From assembly GCF_011745625.1 (NCBI RefSeq), contig NW_027191462.1:310001-374000 (forward strand): a DNA stretch of 64,000 nucleotides. The letters are read 5' to 3'. The stretch is from Cladosporium halotolerans. Its lineage: Eukaryota. This document shows, piece after piece, positions 23,401 to 36,107 of this stretch. The notes beneath the pieces are model-generated. The model had not been told where the DNA came from. It was given only the letters and a program-made list of their open reading frames with translations, and did no database searches. Each line of letters begins with the position of its first letter. The stretch's first letter is position 1. The position numbers and the translations under genes are program-made.

Positions 23401-24012
23401 TGTCGGCCCTTACATCGTTGCCGGCTGGTCTGCGGGTGGTGTCATCGCCTACGCCGTCGCTCAGTGCTTGCTCGCCAACGGTGAGGAGGTTGAGAAGCTC
23501 ATGCTCCTCGACTCCCCTTGCCCCGTCAACCTCGCTCCTCTGCCCGCCCGTCTCCACGTCTTCTTCAACGAGATCGGTCTCCTCGGCACTGGCGACCCCA
23601 GCAAGACTCCCAAGTGGCTGCTTCCTCATTTCTCTGCCGCCATCCGCTCTCTCTCCGACTACCAACCCCAACCGTCTCTGAAGCCTATCCCGACTTACGC
23701 AGTTTGGTGCCGTGAAGGTGTTGCCGGCAACCCCGGCGACCCCCGCCCCCCGCCCGCTGAGGAGGAGGACCCCGCGCCTATGACCTGGCTGCTCAACCAC
23801 CGCACCGAGTTCGGTGACAACGGCTGGGCCCAGCTCTGCGGCAAGGAAAACATGCGCTTCGGCGTCATGGGAGGGTAAGTCAATCCTAACATCGTTCCAA
23901 TGTCTGCAACAGTCACTAACAGTCTCCCAGTCACCACTTCAACATGATGCACGCGCCGCACGCCCAGGACCTCGGCAACCTCATCCGCGAGGCCATCGAC
24001 TGGAAGGCGTAA
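17429..24012 (+). CDS. PKS1: Non-reducing polyketide synthase for DHN-melanin (T4HN/AT4HN synthase type), SAT-KS-AT-PT-ACP-ACP-TE
   Basis: SAT GLCTG; KS DTACSSS, EMHGTGT, KANIGHAE; AT GHSLGE; PT CGHMVN; two ACPs (LGVDSL, MGMDSL); TE GWSAGG. One intron 23875-23930 (GTAAGT..CTAAC..CAG); last exon encodes GHHFNMMHAPHAQDLGNLIREAIDWKA*, stop 24010-24012. Divergent from CMR1. Confidence 0.95.
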
Positions 24013-24514
24013 ATCGCTCGCCCGCAGCTTGCAGTGTCCAGTTACGCCCTACACCTTCTCCTCACCACGCTCTGGATCCCCAGCCGCTACAGCCGCCTTG
24101 GGCTGAGGTTGCCTGTGGACCCTGGACGATCCAGCTGAAGACAAAACAGTCGGTAGACATCTAGCCTGGCGACGGAAACATCGACGACACCTTGGCCGGC
24201 GACTCGGTGCTCTTTCGCCGCTCCTTGTCTGCCGACTTACTTTTCTAGACACGCAATCCGCACCCTTTCCGTGGCTGGACACGCCGCAATACCACAAAAC
24301 ATCAAAAACACCACTACAAAAAACACCTTTTCTTTATGTCACCTTGCTTTTTTCTGCGCGAGCGTGGGGGAACATGCTATGACATGTTCTCCGGTTATTG
24401 GTTGGGATAGAACGGAGCGCGGCATTAATGTTTGAGATTCTTTTGGGATTTGAACGACGCAACATGTGCGGTATGGTATGGTATACCTTGGTTGGATTTT
24501 CATGCGCGAAAGAT

Positions 24515-24534
24515 ACACACACACACACACACAC
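24515..24534 (+). repeat. (AC)n microsatellite downstream of PKS1
   Basis: About ten AC units read directly. Confidence 0.85.
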
Positions 24535-26917
24535 TCCTTTTCTAGATACATATCGTGGGTTCCCGGTTCCTGATCGCAGGCCGGTTGGCCCCGGCCTGGG
24601 GTTTTGGTGCTTAGGTACTAGGGATTGGAATGCGCGAATTGATTCAAACAAAATGACCTTCTCATCTCTTTCATCTCGATATGGTATCGATCAAGTGATT
24701 TGCTCGGAATACACTAGTGAGGGAGTCTCTTACAAAGCACATTAGCATATGTTAGGTCTGCTCATTTTGCTGACTACAGTCGAGAAAGATGGGTGTCGTG
24801 CATGACAAATATCACGTGACCGTGATACGGTGACCTACTTGTGTGCCGTGTTACAAGATCAAGTCCGACGACTCGCCTTCACGCATGTCGCCTGTCTACA
24901 GATACCACCACGGCACCACATCTACACTGCGATGGAACCTCGCCTTCGCCAACTTTGCCCAATCTACATAACACGCACGCAACCCTGCGCACACCGCGAT
25001 CCACGGCGACAGTGTCAATCAAGCCGGCCGACGGCAATCGTGCCACCGCGCCTTGCGTCTGCGCCGTGCGCATCGGGAAATAAGAAATGGCCAAGCGCAG
25101 CAGGACGCTGCAGCAGCAATTAATCTACCTCGTCACGGAGAAATAATCGCAGGATCCCAGACGCACGTCAAGGCAAGCGAGCGGTCTTTCCCCATCCGGC
25201 CACGAAAGCGTCCAAACAGGCAAAGTCGCAGGCTGGGATCGACGTCGAACTGTCGGGCGTCCCCTCAAAGTCCGTCGCCCTGCGTCGCTGCGCCTGGCTG
25301 ACTGACTGACTACTGACCATCCGGATACGAGAGCCACCACCATCTGTCATGCGCACGATAAGGGCACGGCTAATCGCCCTGCAAAGCTATTCTCATCTCA
25401 CCTTCAATCCGGCCGTCCCGTTTAGCCTTTCGCTTCGCCATCCGCTTCGAAGCGCGATCGTCGACCGCTGCACGGCACGACATCGAAAAACGCGCAGCAT
25501 CATCCGCGCCGTGTGCCATGCCATTCCCTGCAAGTGACGTCCGAAAACCTGTCCTAACCCCCTCTCTCTCCCTCCAAACCTGCAAGCCCCAGCCCGCCCG
25601 CCAGCTCCCTGCCCCCCCGGCACAGCAGCGAAAAATAGACTTCGGTACAATCCCCCTCCCCCCCAAATCCTCACGAGCTGTCAACCCCCCCGCGCATGCG
25701 CCTTGCAAGGAGAGGCGCCACACGCGAGACAGTACGCGGTAACATGTCGATCTGCGCCATGCATGCGGCCGCTATTTCGAGGGCGGCGGAGGCGCCTCGC
25801 GGGCGCCTCTCCCGCGCTGGGGCTTGGGGGTTGTTGTGGGTTTGCTCGTTAGGCCCGCTGGTGAGGGGTGTGGCTTTGGGGACTGGGGAACGCGGGGAGG
25901 GGGGGGAGTGTGGCTGGGGACGTGCTTCTTTTTTGGGGGATAGTGTACACACGAAGTTTGGTAGAGGGAGGTGGGTAGGTGTATCGTGACCGTGAGGTTG
26001 GCTTGAGCAGGTGGGTGAGGGTGTTGGTGGCTGGGAGGTGTAGGGATGTGGTGTGAGTGTCATATGAGAAGGGCTGGTTTGTGTTGGTCTCTCGTCGGAT
26101 CGTTCGGCGAGTCGACCGAGAGTGACAATGTCTGGACGGACGAGAGAGACTTGTTGGTGTCACGCGTGTCGCGCGTGCTTCGGTCGAAGATCAAGAACCT
26201 AGGGCGAGAAGTAATGAGACGCACCATCTGACTGATCAAGTGAGGAGTGACAGCGCCGAAGAATTTGAGGATGTCTGCTGAAGGGTCTACACATTTGTTA
26301 CCTCAGATCTTCATCGTGCGCTTGAGGAGTATGAAAACCGACATAGGTCCTGTCGCTTAGTCAGAGCCATGTTTGACCGTCTCTTGGCCATCGAGCCTAT
26401 ACTCAGAGATGATACCAAAAGTCATACATTGTTCGCTATAGACCGAAATGACTAGGTGATACGAGTACGATTGATCTCGCTGCACAGAAGAGCCAGACAT
26501 TCGGAGAACCGAATCGTCAAAAATTCTTGAAATTCATTCCTATACTTCCAGATTGTATGAATTTCCTTCGCCAACACTACAGTCCAAGGAAGCACATTTC
26601 AAGAGGATTTCAATGGCATGCAAAGAGGACCAGCATCGCTCGCTGCTCGATTTGGCTCGTTTACTATAGTACACTAAGGTCATCGTGACCGATTAGAGAA
26701 ACACGCAAAAAAGGCTTTTCCGCCAGCATCCTCGCCGTCCAAACTTCCACCCAAACCAGAACTCCCTTCGTCGTGCCATTTTCTCCAAGCATTTTGCGGC
26801 ACTTTTCGCGAAACCTGAGACAATCGTTTTCGCCCCATCAGCGCAAGCCCAGCCGTAATGCAATAGCCACCCACCCAAATGCATTCAACTTCTCCAGAAG
26901 CCCATTACTTCTCCAGC

Positions 26918-29900
26918 TCACCTGCCATTCAAAGGCAGCGCACTCAAAAACTGCACCATAAGCCCCGGATCGAACCTCGTGGCATTATAGCTCGCCGCAT
27001 TCGGCAGAATGCTCAGCAAATATGTGACCTGCCTGGGCAAGCTAGGCGGCGGCGCCGGCGCGCCCATACCCATCTGCGCCCCTCCACCAGGCACGAAGTT
27101 TTTGACCGCGAACCCGCTGCCGCTGGACCCGCCGACGGCCATGTTGTTGTTCGTCGTCGGCACGGTGGCGGACATGGCGTTGAGGCTGCTGCCGGCGGTC
27201 GCGATGCGCTTGCCCGCCGCACCCTTGATGGGCGAGTCGCCGCGCATGAACTTGCGCGACGGCGTGTCGGCGTCGGAGTCCTCGAGCGCACGCTTGGGCG
27301 ACGCGACGTAGGGCCCGTGAGGTCCGAGGCGGATCTCGCCGGTCTGAGGGCTGGCGATGGCGAAGCCGCCGGGAGGGGGTTGCTGCGGGGGGAAGGCCTG
27401 AGGGGGTGCTTTGGGGCGGGTTTGGGTTGGGGACAAAACGATTTGGGCCTTGAGGGGGTCGAAGGCGGGCATCTCGAAGCGGTGGCTGAAGCGGAGGAGC
27501 TCTGGCTCGTCGGGGAACATCTCGGCCATGCGCTTCTCCAGCTTGTGGATTTGCGCTAGGTCCCCGTAGTTGGATTCGAAGGCGTGCATGTAGCCGAGGA
27601 GAGGACGGCACTTCTCCTTCTGGACTTCCGGAGCAACTGACGCCGTGTTAAGGATCTTGGTGAGAGTCGTTTCGAACACGACCTTAGCGTTTGTCAAGTC
27701 GTTGATAGAGACCAGGTGTTTGATGTACTCCAGCGCGAAGAGCTCATCGACGGGGAAGAGCTTGAGGCCGCGCTCGAAAATCCTCGTTGCGGCAGGGTCT
27801 CTGTAGCAGTGATGCTCGAGAAGAGCGGATACGACATACACGTCGCTTGTGAGCATGCCGCGTGGCCTAGCCTCTGCAAAAACACCACGGAAACCCTTCT
27901 TAGGCTGCTTGGGTGCTCCTTGGCCTTGCACACGACGGAAGGCGCGCATCTTCGCAGACCATACCGCAGATATCGTGCGCTTGAGGAGATCTCTCTGGGC
28001 GTCGAATGTGAGTTTGACTCCCTTCAGCTGCTCCTCGAGCTGCTGCTTGCGTGATTTGGGCTTGTCTTCTTCATCCATATCGTCTTCCTCGTCATCCTGC
28101 TTCTCGTGCTCGTCCTCGGGCGTCATGCTGGCGAAGACTTCTTGCACTGCAGCCTGCGTCTTCTTCTCGCGCTCTGCATATTTGTCGCGAAGAGCATATA
28201 AAGCCGTCAGGCTGCTCTCGTACACAGCCTCGAGCTTTGTGCCGTTTTGAATGATCACCTCGTCGGAAGACCCAGCTGGGAGCAAGCTTTCCATACGATC
28301 CGCCTTCTTGAGGGCAAGTAGGACAGATTCGGGGTTCGCGACAAGTCCTTCATCCAGAAACTTCTCGCCTTCTTCGTTAATGTCATCTCTGCCTTGGTCG
28401 AAACACCAGACAGCTGCGTCGTACCAGATATCGGGGTAGAAGCGCAGAGCCATCGTCGCCTGCTTGAGAACAAATAGGACACGCTTCCTGTACTGTGCAC
28501 CATCTTCTTCATCTTTCAGAACAAGCTCATCGGCTTGTTCCCACCTGATCCACTCCTGCCACTTCTCCACCTGAGTTCCGAACTCATCTTCGCCTTCGCA
28601 GCCGTAGACGGGTGGCAGCTTCGGTAGACTTGTCCTGTCGAGTCCGGCCAATCGGCTGTCCAGTTGGGTCTTCGCCGACTTTGCGGTCATGTAAGAAGCT
28701 CCCTGGTCGTTGAGGTTCTTCCTGCCCGCAGCTCGGTTCAGTGAAGTTTCGAAGTTGTCGTATTCTTTCCAAAGCCTGACAAGATCTTCGTGAGGGACAG
28801 CCACGGCACGCTGGTACGCCTTGCGCAAGATGTCGACCTTTTGCAGATCCTGCCAGCCGCTTCCGCCAACGTTTCCTGGTCCGGATTTGATAAAGTCGAT
28901 GTACTCTTTCCAAATCTCACCAGCATCAGGGTCGATGCCGACCTTGTCGAGGACTACATCAAAGACTTGTGACAGAAGCCCACGGTTGCGGCCGTCCGCG
29001 TCGTTGATCAGTGGGTTACGTCGACGGAGGAAGTTGAGATAGAAATGCCACATGTCGGTATCGAGGACTTTGTTCAATGAATTGCCCAGGATCTGCTCGA
29101 CGCGGAAGGTTTCGCCGTTGTCTTGTTCCCAGTGAGCAAACTCGAGCCAGACTTTCGCCTGTATATGATTGTCAGCATCGTATGATTGCGAAATCGCACT
29201 TGCTCATTCATGTGAATCTCGGTGAAGGTACGTACCGCAGTGGGAAAAACGTGTAGGAATCGCTCGTATATTTTGCGCACGTTATCTGGCTGATCCTTCT
29301 CCTTATAATGGGCGATCAGCGCCATCCATGCGTCAACGTCAGCCTTGGGATCGTCTTGGATGCGATCCTCAAGCTGGCCGACTTTATCATGTGGCAGCCT
29401 AGTTGTGAGTTGTGTTGACTGAGCAGTCGAAGTAGCGCCTGCGCCTTCTGTAGGCTTAGGCGTCGGGGTGGGAGCAGTGCTCGGCTGAACCGAGGGTGAG
29501 AGGACATTGCCTTGGTCTGCCGCAGCAGTTTGTACTTGAACAGCAGGAACAGGGGTATCAGAAGTGACGCTAGAAACAGGTGCAGGAACGGAAGCAGTTG
29601 TGGAGGTAGTAATAGCAGTGGAGCCCGTGAAACCGTTGTTCTGTTGTGCAATGGAAGCAGCGACAGCGTCTGGCGTAGGTTCACTACCTAATGTTAAGTC
29701 TTGCGCTTCGGATGTTGCGACAGCACCCAGCCCCGATTGTGCGCCGTGCGTGCCATTCAGCTGCGACGGCGCGGGTGTGGTATCTTCCTCGTCATCGCTC
29801 TCTTCAAGAATGAAACCTCCAACAGTTTTCGGCTTTGCAGTCTGTTCTGCGACATTCGGCGCAGCAGATGAGGTGCGGCTGATTTGTTGCGAGGCTTGCG

Positions 29901-30099
29901 CCGAAGCGGTTGCTGAGGGATTCGTGTGCGCAGGGGTATCGTTTGCGGCGCCTTCTCCGAAATCAGGCTCATACTCTTCCTCATCTTCTTCGCCGGTGTT
30001 GTCCTCATTTACTCCGGCGGATGGGTCGTAGCTGTCATCGTCATTGTCGTCGCCAGCATTGAAGGTGGGCGGGTCGAGCGGGTCATACTCCTCCGCCAT
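26918..30099 (-). CDS. RNA14: mRNA 3'-end processing factor RNA14 / CstF-77 (HAT repeats)
   Basis: Two ORF-track segments joined by intron 29235-29159 (GTACGT..GCTGAC..CAG): RKIYERFLHVFPTA|AKVWLEFAHWEQ..MWHFYLNFLRRRN; LRFYPDIWY, IFERGLKLFP, FESNYGDL motifs; acidic low-complexity N-terminus. Confidence 0.92.
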
Positions 30100-30762
30100 G
30101 GCCTGTTAATTAGTTGGTGTTAATGCAGCTGACCCAAGTGATAGAAAAATGAATGTGATGCGACGTGGAAGCACAGGTGATGGGCAGCAGAGCAGGAGAT
30201 GTGTCTTTCGCGGCGCGAAGTGGTTGTCTTGTGCTTTGCGACAGCAGCGAGCGCACGACGAAGTCTTGCAGAGGAAGCTCTAGCTTGTGCGGGACCAGCC
30301 GTCAGCCGGCACCAGCGCCGCTTGCGTTCATGTGCATGGCAACGTTTAAAGACCTCGACTTCACTTTCACCTGCTCCCAGGAGATATCGCCCAATACAAA
30401 CGAGGGACTACACAACAAACCCTCAGTCACTGGCAATTTCGAGGACTCCAGCGTCTGGCATATCAAATCATTAAAATTCGCGACTTGCATTTTCCGGGAC
30501 CTTACCGCTTTCCGTCACTCATAAGCCACTTGTGCTCTCCGCTAAACAAAGCCCGGAGATCCTTGCAAGTCTCTCCTAGGATCAACGGAAGAGGGCTCGA
30601 CCCGACTAATTCGAGTGTTCCTCCTTTCTTCGGTGATTGACGGATGCATCACCCAGTACAATATTATTTTAGCATCTGACTTCGGCTTCTCGGAATCTTT
30701 GGACTACGATTGTCTGCAGGCTGTTGCCACCAAGGAAGCAGACAGACAATTCTTGCACCAAT

Positions 30763-31788
30763 ATGGCTCAACGAAAAAGCACCATGCGGCTTCCGCCTTT
30801 CTTCCGAAGACTTTTCAAATTTACTTCCATGGATTTCGAAACAGTAAGATTGCCACTGGGATGCCCGTCCGCAAAGATCACGTCGATTAACCAAGACTAG
30901 GCAGTATGGGAGATGACACAGCTGATAGTTGCTCCCAAGAAAGTGTTTCGCAATATCTACTACCACGTAAGATTATCAATTACGCTCATGTCAAGTTATT
31001 GATCGCTAACATATTGACAGAAACGTTCGTCGGTCCCCACCCTCATTGAAGCGTCCAGAGATGTCTAACAACGATTCCCAGAGACCAAAAACTCCTACCA
31101 TCGAGCAGATCCGGCCTTCACCTACCTTTTGTCGCTGTTTTTCTTGATGACTGGCGTGGCTTGGGGTTCGGCTTATGCTGACGGCGTGGGCCCTACGATA
31201 CGGATTGCCCTTGTCTTCGTCCTCGGCCATTTTCTCGGAACCTCGCTGCTGGTATCTACGCTCATGTACTTCCTTGTCGGACGTGTCCTCGGAAAGCGTA
31301 GACAGGGACTCTTTGGCGCGCCTGGTAACGGCGACGAGGGGCTCGAATTCGGATATTGCTTTGACGTATGTTCGTCCAAATCAAGTATTATATCAGACTG
31401 GTATTGACATGATGACACAGGTTTCCATTCGCGCCTTCCTTCCCCTATGGGTCTTCCTCTACGTGTTGCAATTTCTGTTCATGCCGCTGATTGCACGCGA
31501 CTACTGGGTGTCAAACTTCTTCGGGAACACCATGTACCTTCTCGCGCTGAGCTACTACTTTGTCATCACCTTCCTTGGGTATAATGGTACACTGCCCCTT
31601 CCCTCTAAATCTAGATTTCTCGCTAACTTGGAACCACAGCACTTCCTTTCCTGAGCAGGACAGAAGTGCTACTGGCGCCTGTACCAGTGCTGCTCATCAT
31701 CTGGTTTATCAGCTTGTTCACATTTGACTGCGCCACAAACTTGGCGCCTGTGCTCTGGTGCGGTGTGAACCTTCGGAAAGCTGTCTAG
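30763..31788 (+). CDS. GMH1: UNC-50/Gmh1 family Golgi membrane protein
   Basis: Exons 30763-30843, 30901-30966, 31021-31024, 31082-31365, 31421-31586, 31640-31788 give FRRLFKFTSMDFETAVWEMTQLIVAPKKVFRNIYYHKQTKNSYHRADPAF..LEFGYCFDVSIRAF..FLGYNALPFL. Start could alternatively be ATG 30784. Confidence 0.9.
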
Positions 31789-32039
31789 ACTGCCTTTTGC
31801 AGACGCAAAAGCGATTCTCCGATGCCATTGAGACTGCTTTCCAAGCTGATAATGGAGACACCATAGACTTGTAATATAATATCCAATCAGGGCTCTTGCA
31901 GCTTCACATTTTGCAGAATTCCATTCGATAAATGACCCTGTCCAAAGAGAAGACAGACACGGGGCATGGATGTGACACTGCAACCTCTCGAGCTCGTCGC
32001 ATGGCTTGTCTATGACCGCTTCACCAGATTACACGTCAT

Positions 32040-33405
32040 CTACTCAGCATCCAAGGGACAAAACGGCGGCACATCATCGACCTGAATGCCACCCCTCTTC
32101 TTCACATCCGAATCATGAAACGGCGTCCTCAACCCGCCTTCACTCTCCGGCACCGCCAACCACAACCGAAACAAATGCCTCCGCACCCTCTCCCTGCCCT
32201 CCTCATCCACGCTCCCCGCCGGCCAGTCCTCATACGCCGTCCGCGCATGCAGCACATGCCCGTTCGCCAACAACTGGATATCACCCGGCTCCAAAACCAT
32301 GTGCAGCGCCAGCCGCGTCGCCGTCTCCTCCAGCACTGCGAGCGCATGCTTCTGCGCCTCCGAAAGCGCGGGGATCTCCGCGTCCGGGCCCGAGTTGAAG
32401 CGCGCGAGCGACGTCACGTTGTTCGGGTCGAATTTCAACCACACGCGCGCGCTGTCGCGCTCCGTGTACAGGATGCTCGACTTGTACCAGGGCTCCTGGC
32501 ATTGCGAGACTTCGCCTTTGCGGTCGAAGTACCAGTTTGGTGTGGCGAGGGTTTGCGCCACATCGGGGTGCTCGCGCTGGAGGGTGTTGTAGATGTGGTG
32601 CGTTGAGGCGATGTCGCTCTCGCCGCCGCGCAGGGCTTTGGAGATGCAGAGGAGGCCGACGAGGTCGGCGCCGTCGGTGTGGAAGTATTGTCTGCGAGGG
32701 GATGAGTCAGTGGTTTGCTGATGAGAGGCGGGATTCCTGGGAGTCGTACTTGGCGTTCGTGCGGTAGATCCGCACTCTGTCTTTGGCAGTGGCGTCTTCG
32801 CCGAGGTCTTTGACGTGCCCGAGGACGTGGCCGCGCGAGTTCTGGCTGACGAAGTAGCCGAAGTGGCTTCCGAGGCCCATGTACCTGCGCTGCGTTAGCA
32901 GACATATCGCCCTTTAAGATTAAGCGCCAAAGGCACTCACGCGGTAGCGGACTTCTCAAGCCCCCACTCGCGGACCGGAATGCCCTTGAACAAGATAAAA
33001 CCCTTGCCGTTGAGGATCTCTCGTTTCACAGTCCCGAAGAATGCCTCTAGCTTCGGCAGAGGGAACAGATCCTGTCGACAATCGAATCAGCAGCCGTAAT
33101 TCACCATTCACGCCCAATGCTAGCGAACACACTTTAGCCATAGCAGTCAAAGGCTTTCCACTCTTCAGAAACGCATCCGACGCCTCCGAAAGCTCCGCGA
33201 CCTCATCCGAGCTGAAAGCGTGCGTCCATCGCTCCGGATGATCGCGGTAGTCTTCGGCACGCCACACAGTCGAACCTGTAATCTCTTTTGGGAATTGCGC
33301 GGGAGGCGTCAGTTGGTCGTAGATCGGGTTGTGCTGACCGGAGGTTTTGAGGCCGTCCGGGAAGAGAGCTTTGTTGGCGGCGTTGGGGGAGAGGTTGGAT
33401 GACAT
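32040..33405 (-). CDS. TauD/TfdA (clavaminate synthase-like) Fe(II)/2-oxoglutarate dioxygenase
   Basis: Introns 33132-33072, 32940-32885, 32749-32692 join to ILNGKGFILFKG..VSQNSRGHVLGHVKD..RIYRTNAKQYFHTDGADLVGLLC (HxD)..LEPGDIQLLANGHVLHART..RHLFRLWL (distal His, Arg). Confidence 0.88.
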
Positions 33406-36107
33406 TGTGGTTGGGTTTTGGAGATCTGCTCGCGGCGAAGGAATTGACGATGGGTCTTTTCAGTTCGTTTGCTCTTATCGCTCAGTAATCATGGGCCAAT
33501 CGGTAACTGCTTGGGAAGCTGGGATGTGTTGTGATAGCTCAATTGGGAAAGCAGCTTACAACCACCAGTAGCAAAGCACGCGACCAGATAATCAAAGATT
33601 GTGAGTGCCAGGAGAATTTAAATATTCGCCGGTCGACCCTGTCGAAGAACACTTCGCGTGGTGCCCCTCCGCCAGATTCGACTAAACCTGGTGGTAATGT
33701 GATATGGCGTGCTCGCGTCTCCACCCCGAGCTCGGCTGTCGGCGTTTAAAACTACATTGCCTACATGATAAGAGCTTCTACTGTTACATTGAACGATTCT
33801 TGGTTACGAATCACTGCCAATTTAATCCATGCGAGTTGGACTATTGGTGGTGAAATGAAACGGAGTCCCTCCTTGGCTGTTGCAGTTGCGACCCACATAG
33901 CTCAGCTGGCCGTCGTCAGCACAGCGGTCTCCGCTTCTTTAAGGCTGGTGGTACGCCAGAGCGTGCTGGAGACATTGATATATGCATTATGCGCAGGGGC
34001 GAATTCATCAAGTATCTAGACAAACTGTCTCAGCGCCTACTCTTTGACATGGCACTCAAACAGCGTAAATTTTAGCATGATACCTTCACTTCTAGAGCAT
34101 TCGAATTCATTTGCTTTGATGGATGCAACGTCTGCCACAAGGGTTCAAACGCTCGCTGGTAATTGGTTCGTCACCGTTACTCGCAACGAATGGCGCATAT
34201 CATTAGACAAAGCGGCGCTCTAGTGAGCAGAGATATAGTACCTTTGCACTGGGAGATGGATTGAGTCGTGACCTCACCTAATTCGTTCAAACTGCTGACA
34301 TTTTTCTGCCGTCTCGTCTTGGGCTGGTCCTCGCAAACGATATGTGAAGAGGACGCCTTATTTAGGCCCAGTGCCTCCTGTGTTTACTGTGATGCGTCCC
34401 GCGTTAAAAGCGAGCCAGCAACTCGAGACCTAAATATACGGCGAAACATCTGCGGTTTAACAAGTCATGGTTTCAATGAGTGAGCGTATGGACATCCGGT
34501 TACCCTGCGGACAATCGCCATCTGTACATGTCCCATCGGAATTGAAAATGAGATGGCGCTGGATTCTGGGTGAGGCGCAAGGCCCTGAACGGTCTGATAT
34601 CCGGTGGCAGCGCACAGTCTACACCAGGAGCTCATACTGAGATTCCACTTGCGCCTTTCTCGCTATCATATCAATCAATCCCAAGAAGCGAAGGAGATGC
34701 CATTCTCTACCTATGCCGCGGCGTGGAAGGACAATGCAGAGTTCCTAGCGCGGAGAAGAGCGCAATACAAGCTTATGCGCTAGACCGGGATTTCAAACTG
34801 CGCCAGGGCGGTTCTGCGGAGAAGTCTAGTTACATGGCGGTTCCAATACGTTCTTACGTCCGGTGACGCATGGAGTATTCAGTGAGAGTCCGGCAGTGCG
34901 CGGATAGGGTTTCAGTGAGCGCGGAGGTTTTCAAGAGCGGTGTGTGGCCGAGTGCATTTGACAAGCCTTCCTGGCGCTGTGGGGTTTTGATTGCTGCCGG
35001 GAGAACTCGCGATTCGGAAGATCGCTGGCTTCAGGGCAGACGGTATCTAGCTGTAGTCTCAGGGCGTGCCATGGCTCTTCCAGGGCTGAGTAGGAGAAAA
35101 GGACCGTCGCTTGTCCCTTGGACAGCACACAAAAAGTAACGTCCTGGATCGGCAGACCTCAGGACGCCTGTGTCAGCTTGACGATGCCTTGATACGAGTC
35201 TGGCTCGCTTAGTCGCGCCACGCTTGGCCAGCCTGCAGAGAAAGCGAGAGAGTTTGGAGCGTAGGTAGCACGACGGGCGCGTGACATTCGGGACAAGGAG
35301 AGGGGAAGAAAGAAAGACATGGCGAAAGGCAGGGCAGAGTTGACGCGTGGGGCGAGGCTCAAACTCAGCCGCTGACATGTCGCGACGCACCGCCCTGGCC
35401 GGGGAGAGCAGCGCAGGCAGGCGAGCGAGTCGGCGCAGGACGCATCACCAAGGCACGCTGCCACGCAGCAGGGCGAGGGGCGGCCGGTGTATATATTGTA
35501 GCTGGGCGCGGCGAGTCGCCAGGCGGGCAGATTAGACTGCATTCCGGCATATGCACGGCGCGAATGGAACGAGCGGTTGTGGGTTGTACTTGTGGCTCGT
35601 GCGGGCCGGCATCGAGCAGTGTCGATTCCGTCCCTGCGAACGGGCGCGGTGGGATGTGGTGAGATGGCAGCGTCATATTGCCTGGCCTGGCCGCGAGCTG
35701 GCGGCGCCGGCGAGGTGTTTGTTTCTCTCGTCGCAGGCCTCTCTACCGCGCCCGTCCACCCTCGCCATGCGCGCGGCCGCGACAGCCGTCAGCAGCCAGC
35801 AGGCCGCCCGCGCCCATGGGCGTCGCCCTCTCCGCGCCAAGAGCTGGCCTCACAGCCGCCATCCTCGCGACAGCTTACGCGTGAGCGGTCTCCCATCACC
35901 ACGGCCCGTTCGCGCGCCCAACCATCACTCTGTCGCCCGGTAAGTGCCCAGCGCCCGCCTGCCCTCTCCCACCTGCCCATCACCATGCGCGCCGTCGCGA
36001 GCCAGCATGCGCGCTCCCCGAACACGCGCTGAGCCCTTGCGCCCGGCCCGACCGTCTCCTGCGCGTGGCCGACACTAACACCATCGCGTCCAGGCGCATG
36101 ATCAACA

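Noticed and set aside
34120..34200. GGTTCAAAC T-loop-like motif suggesting a tRNA
   Set aside because: No cloverleaf stems or A-box could be built around it.
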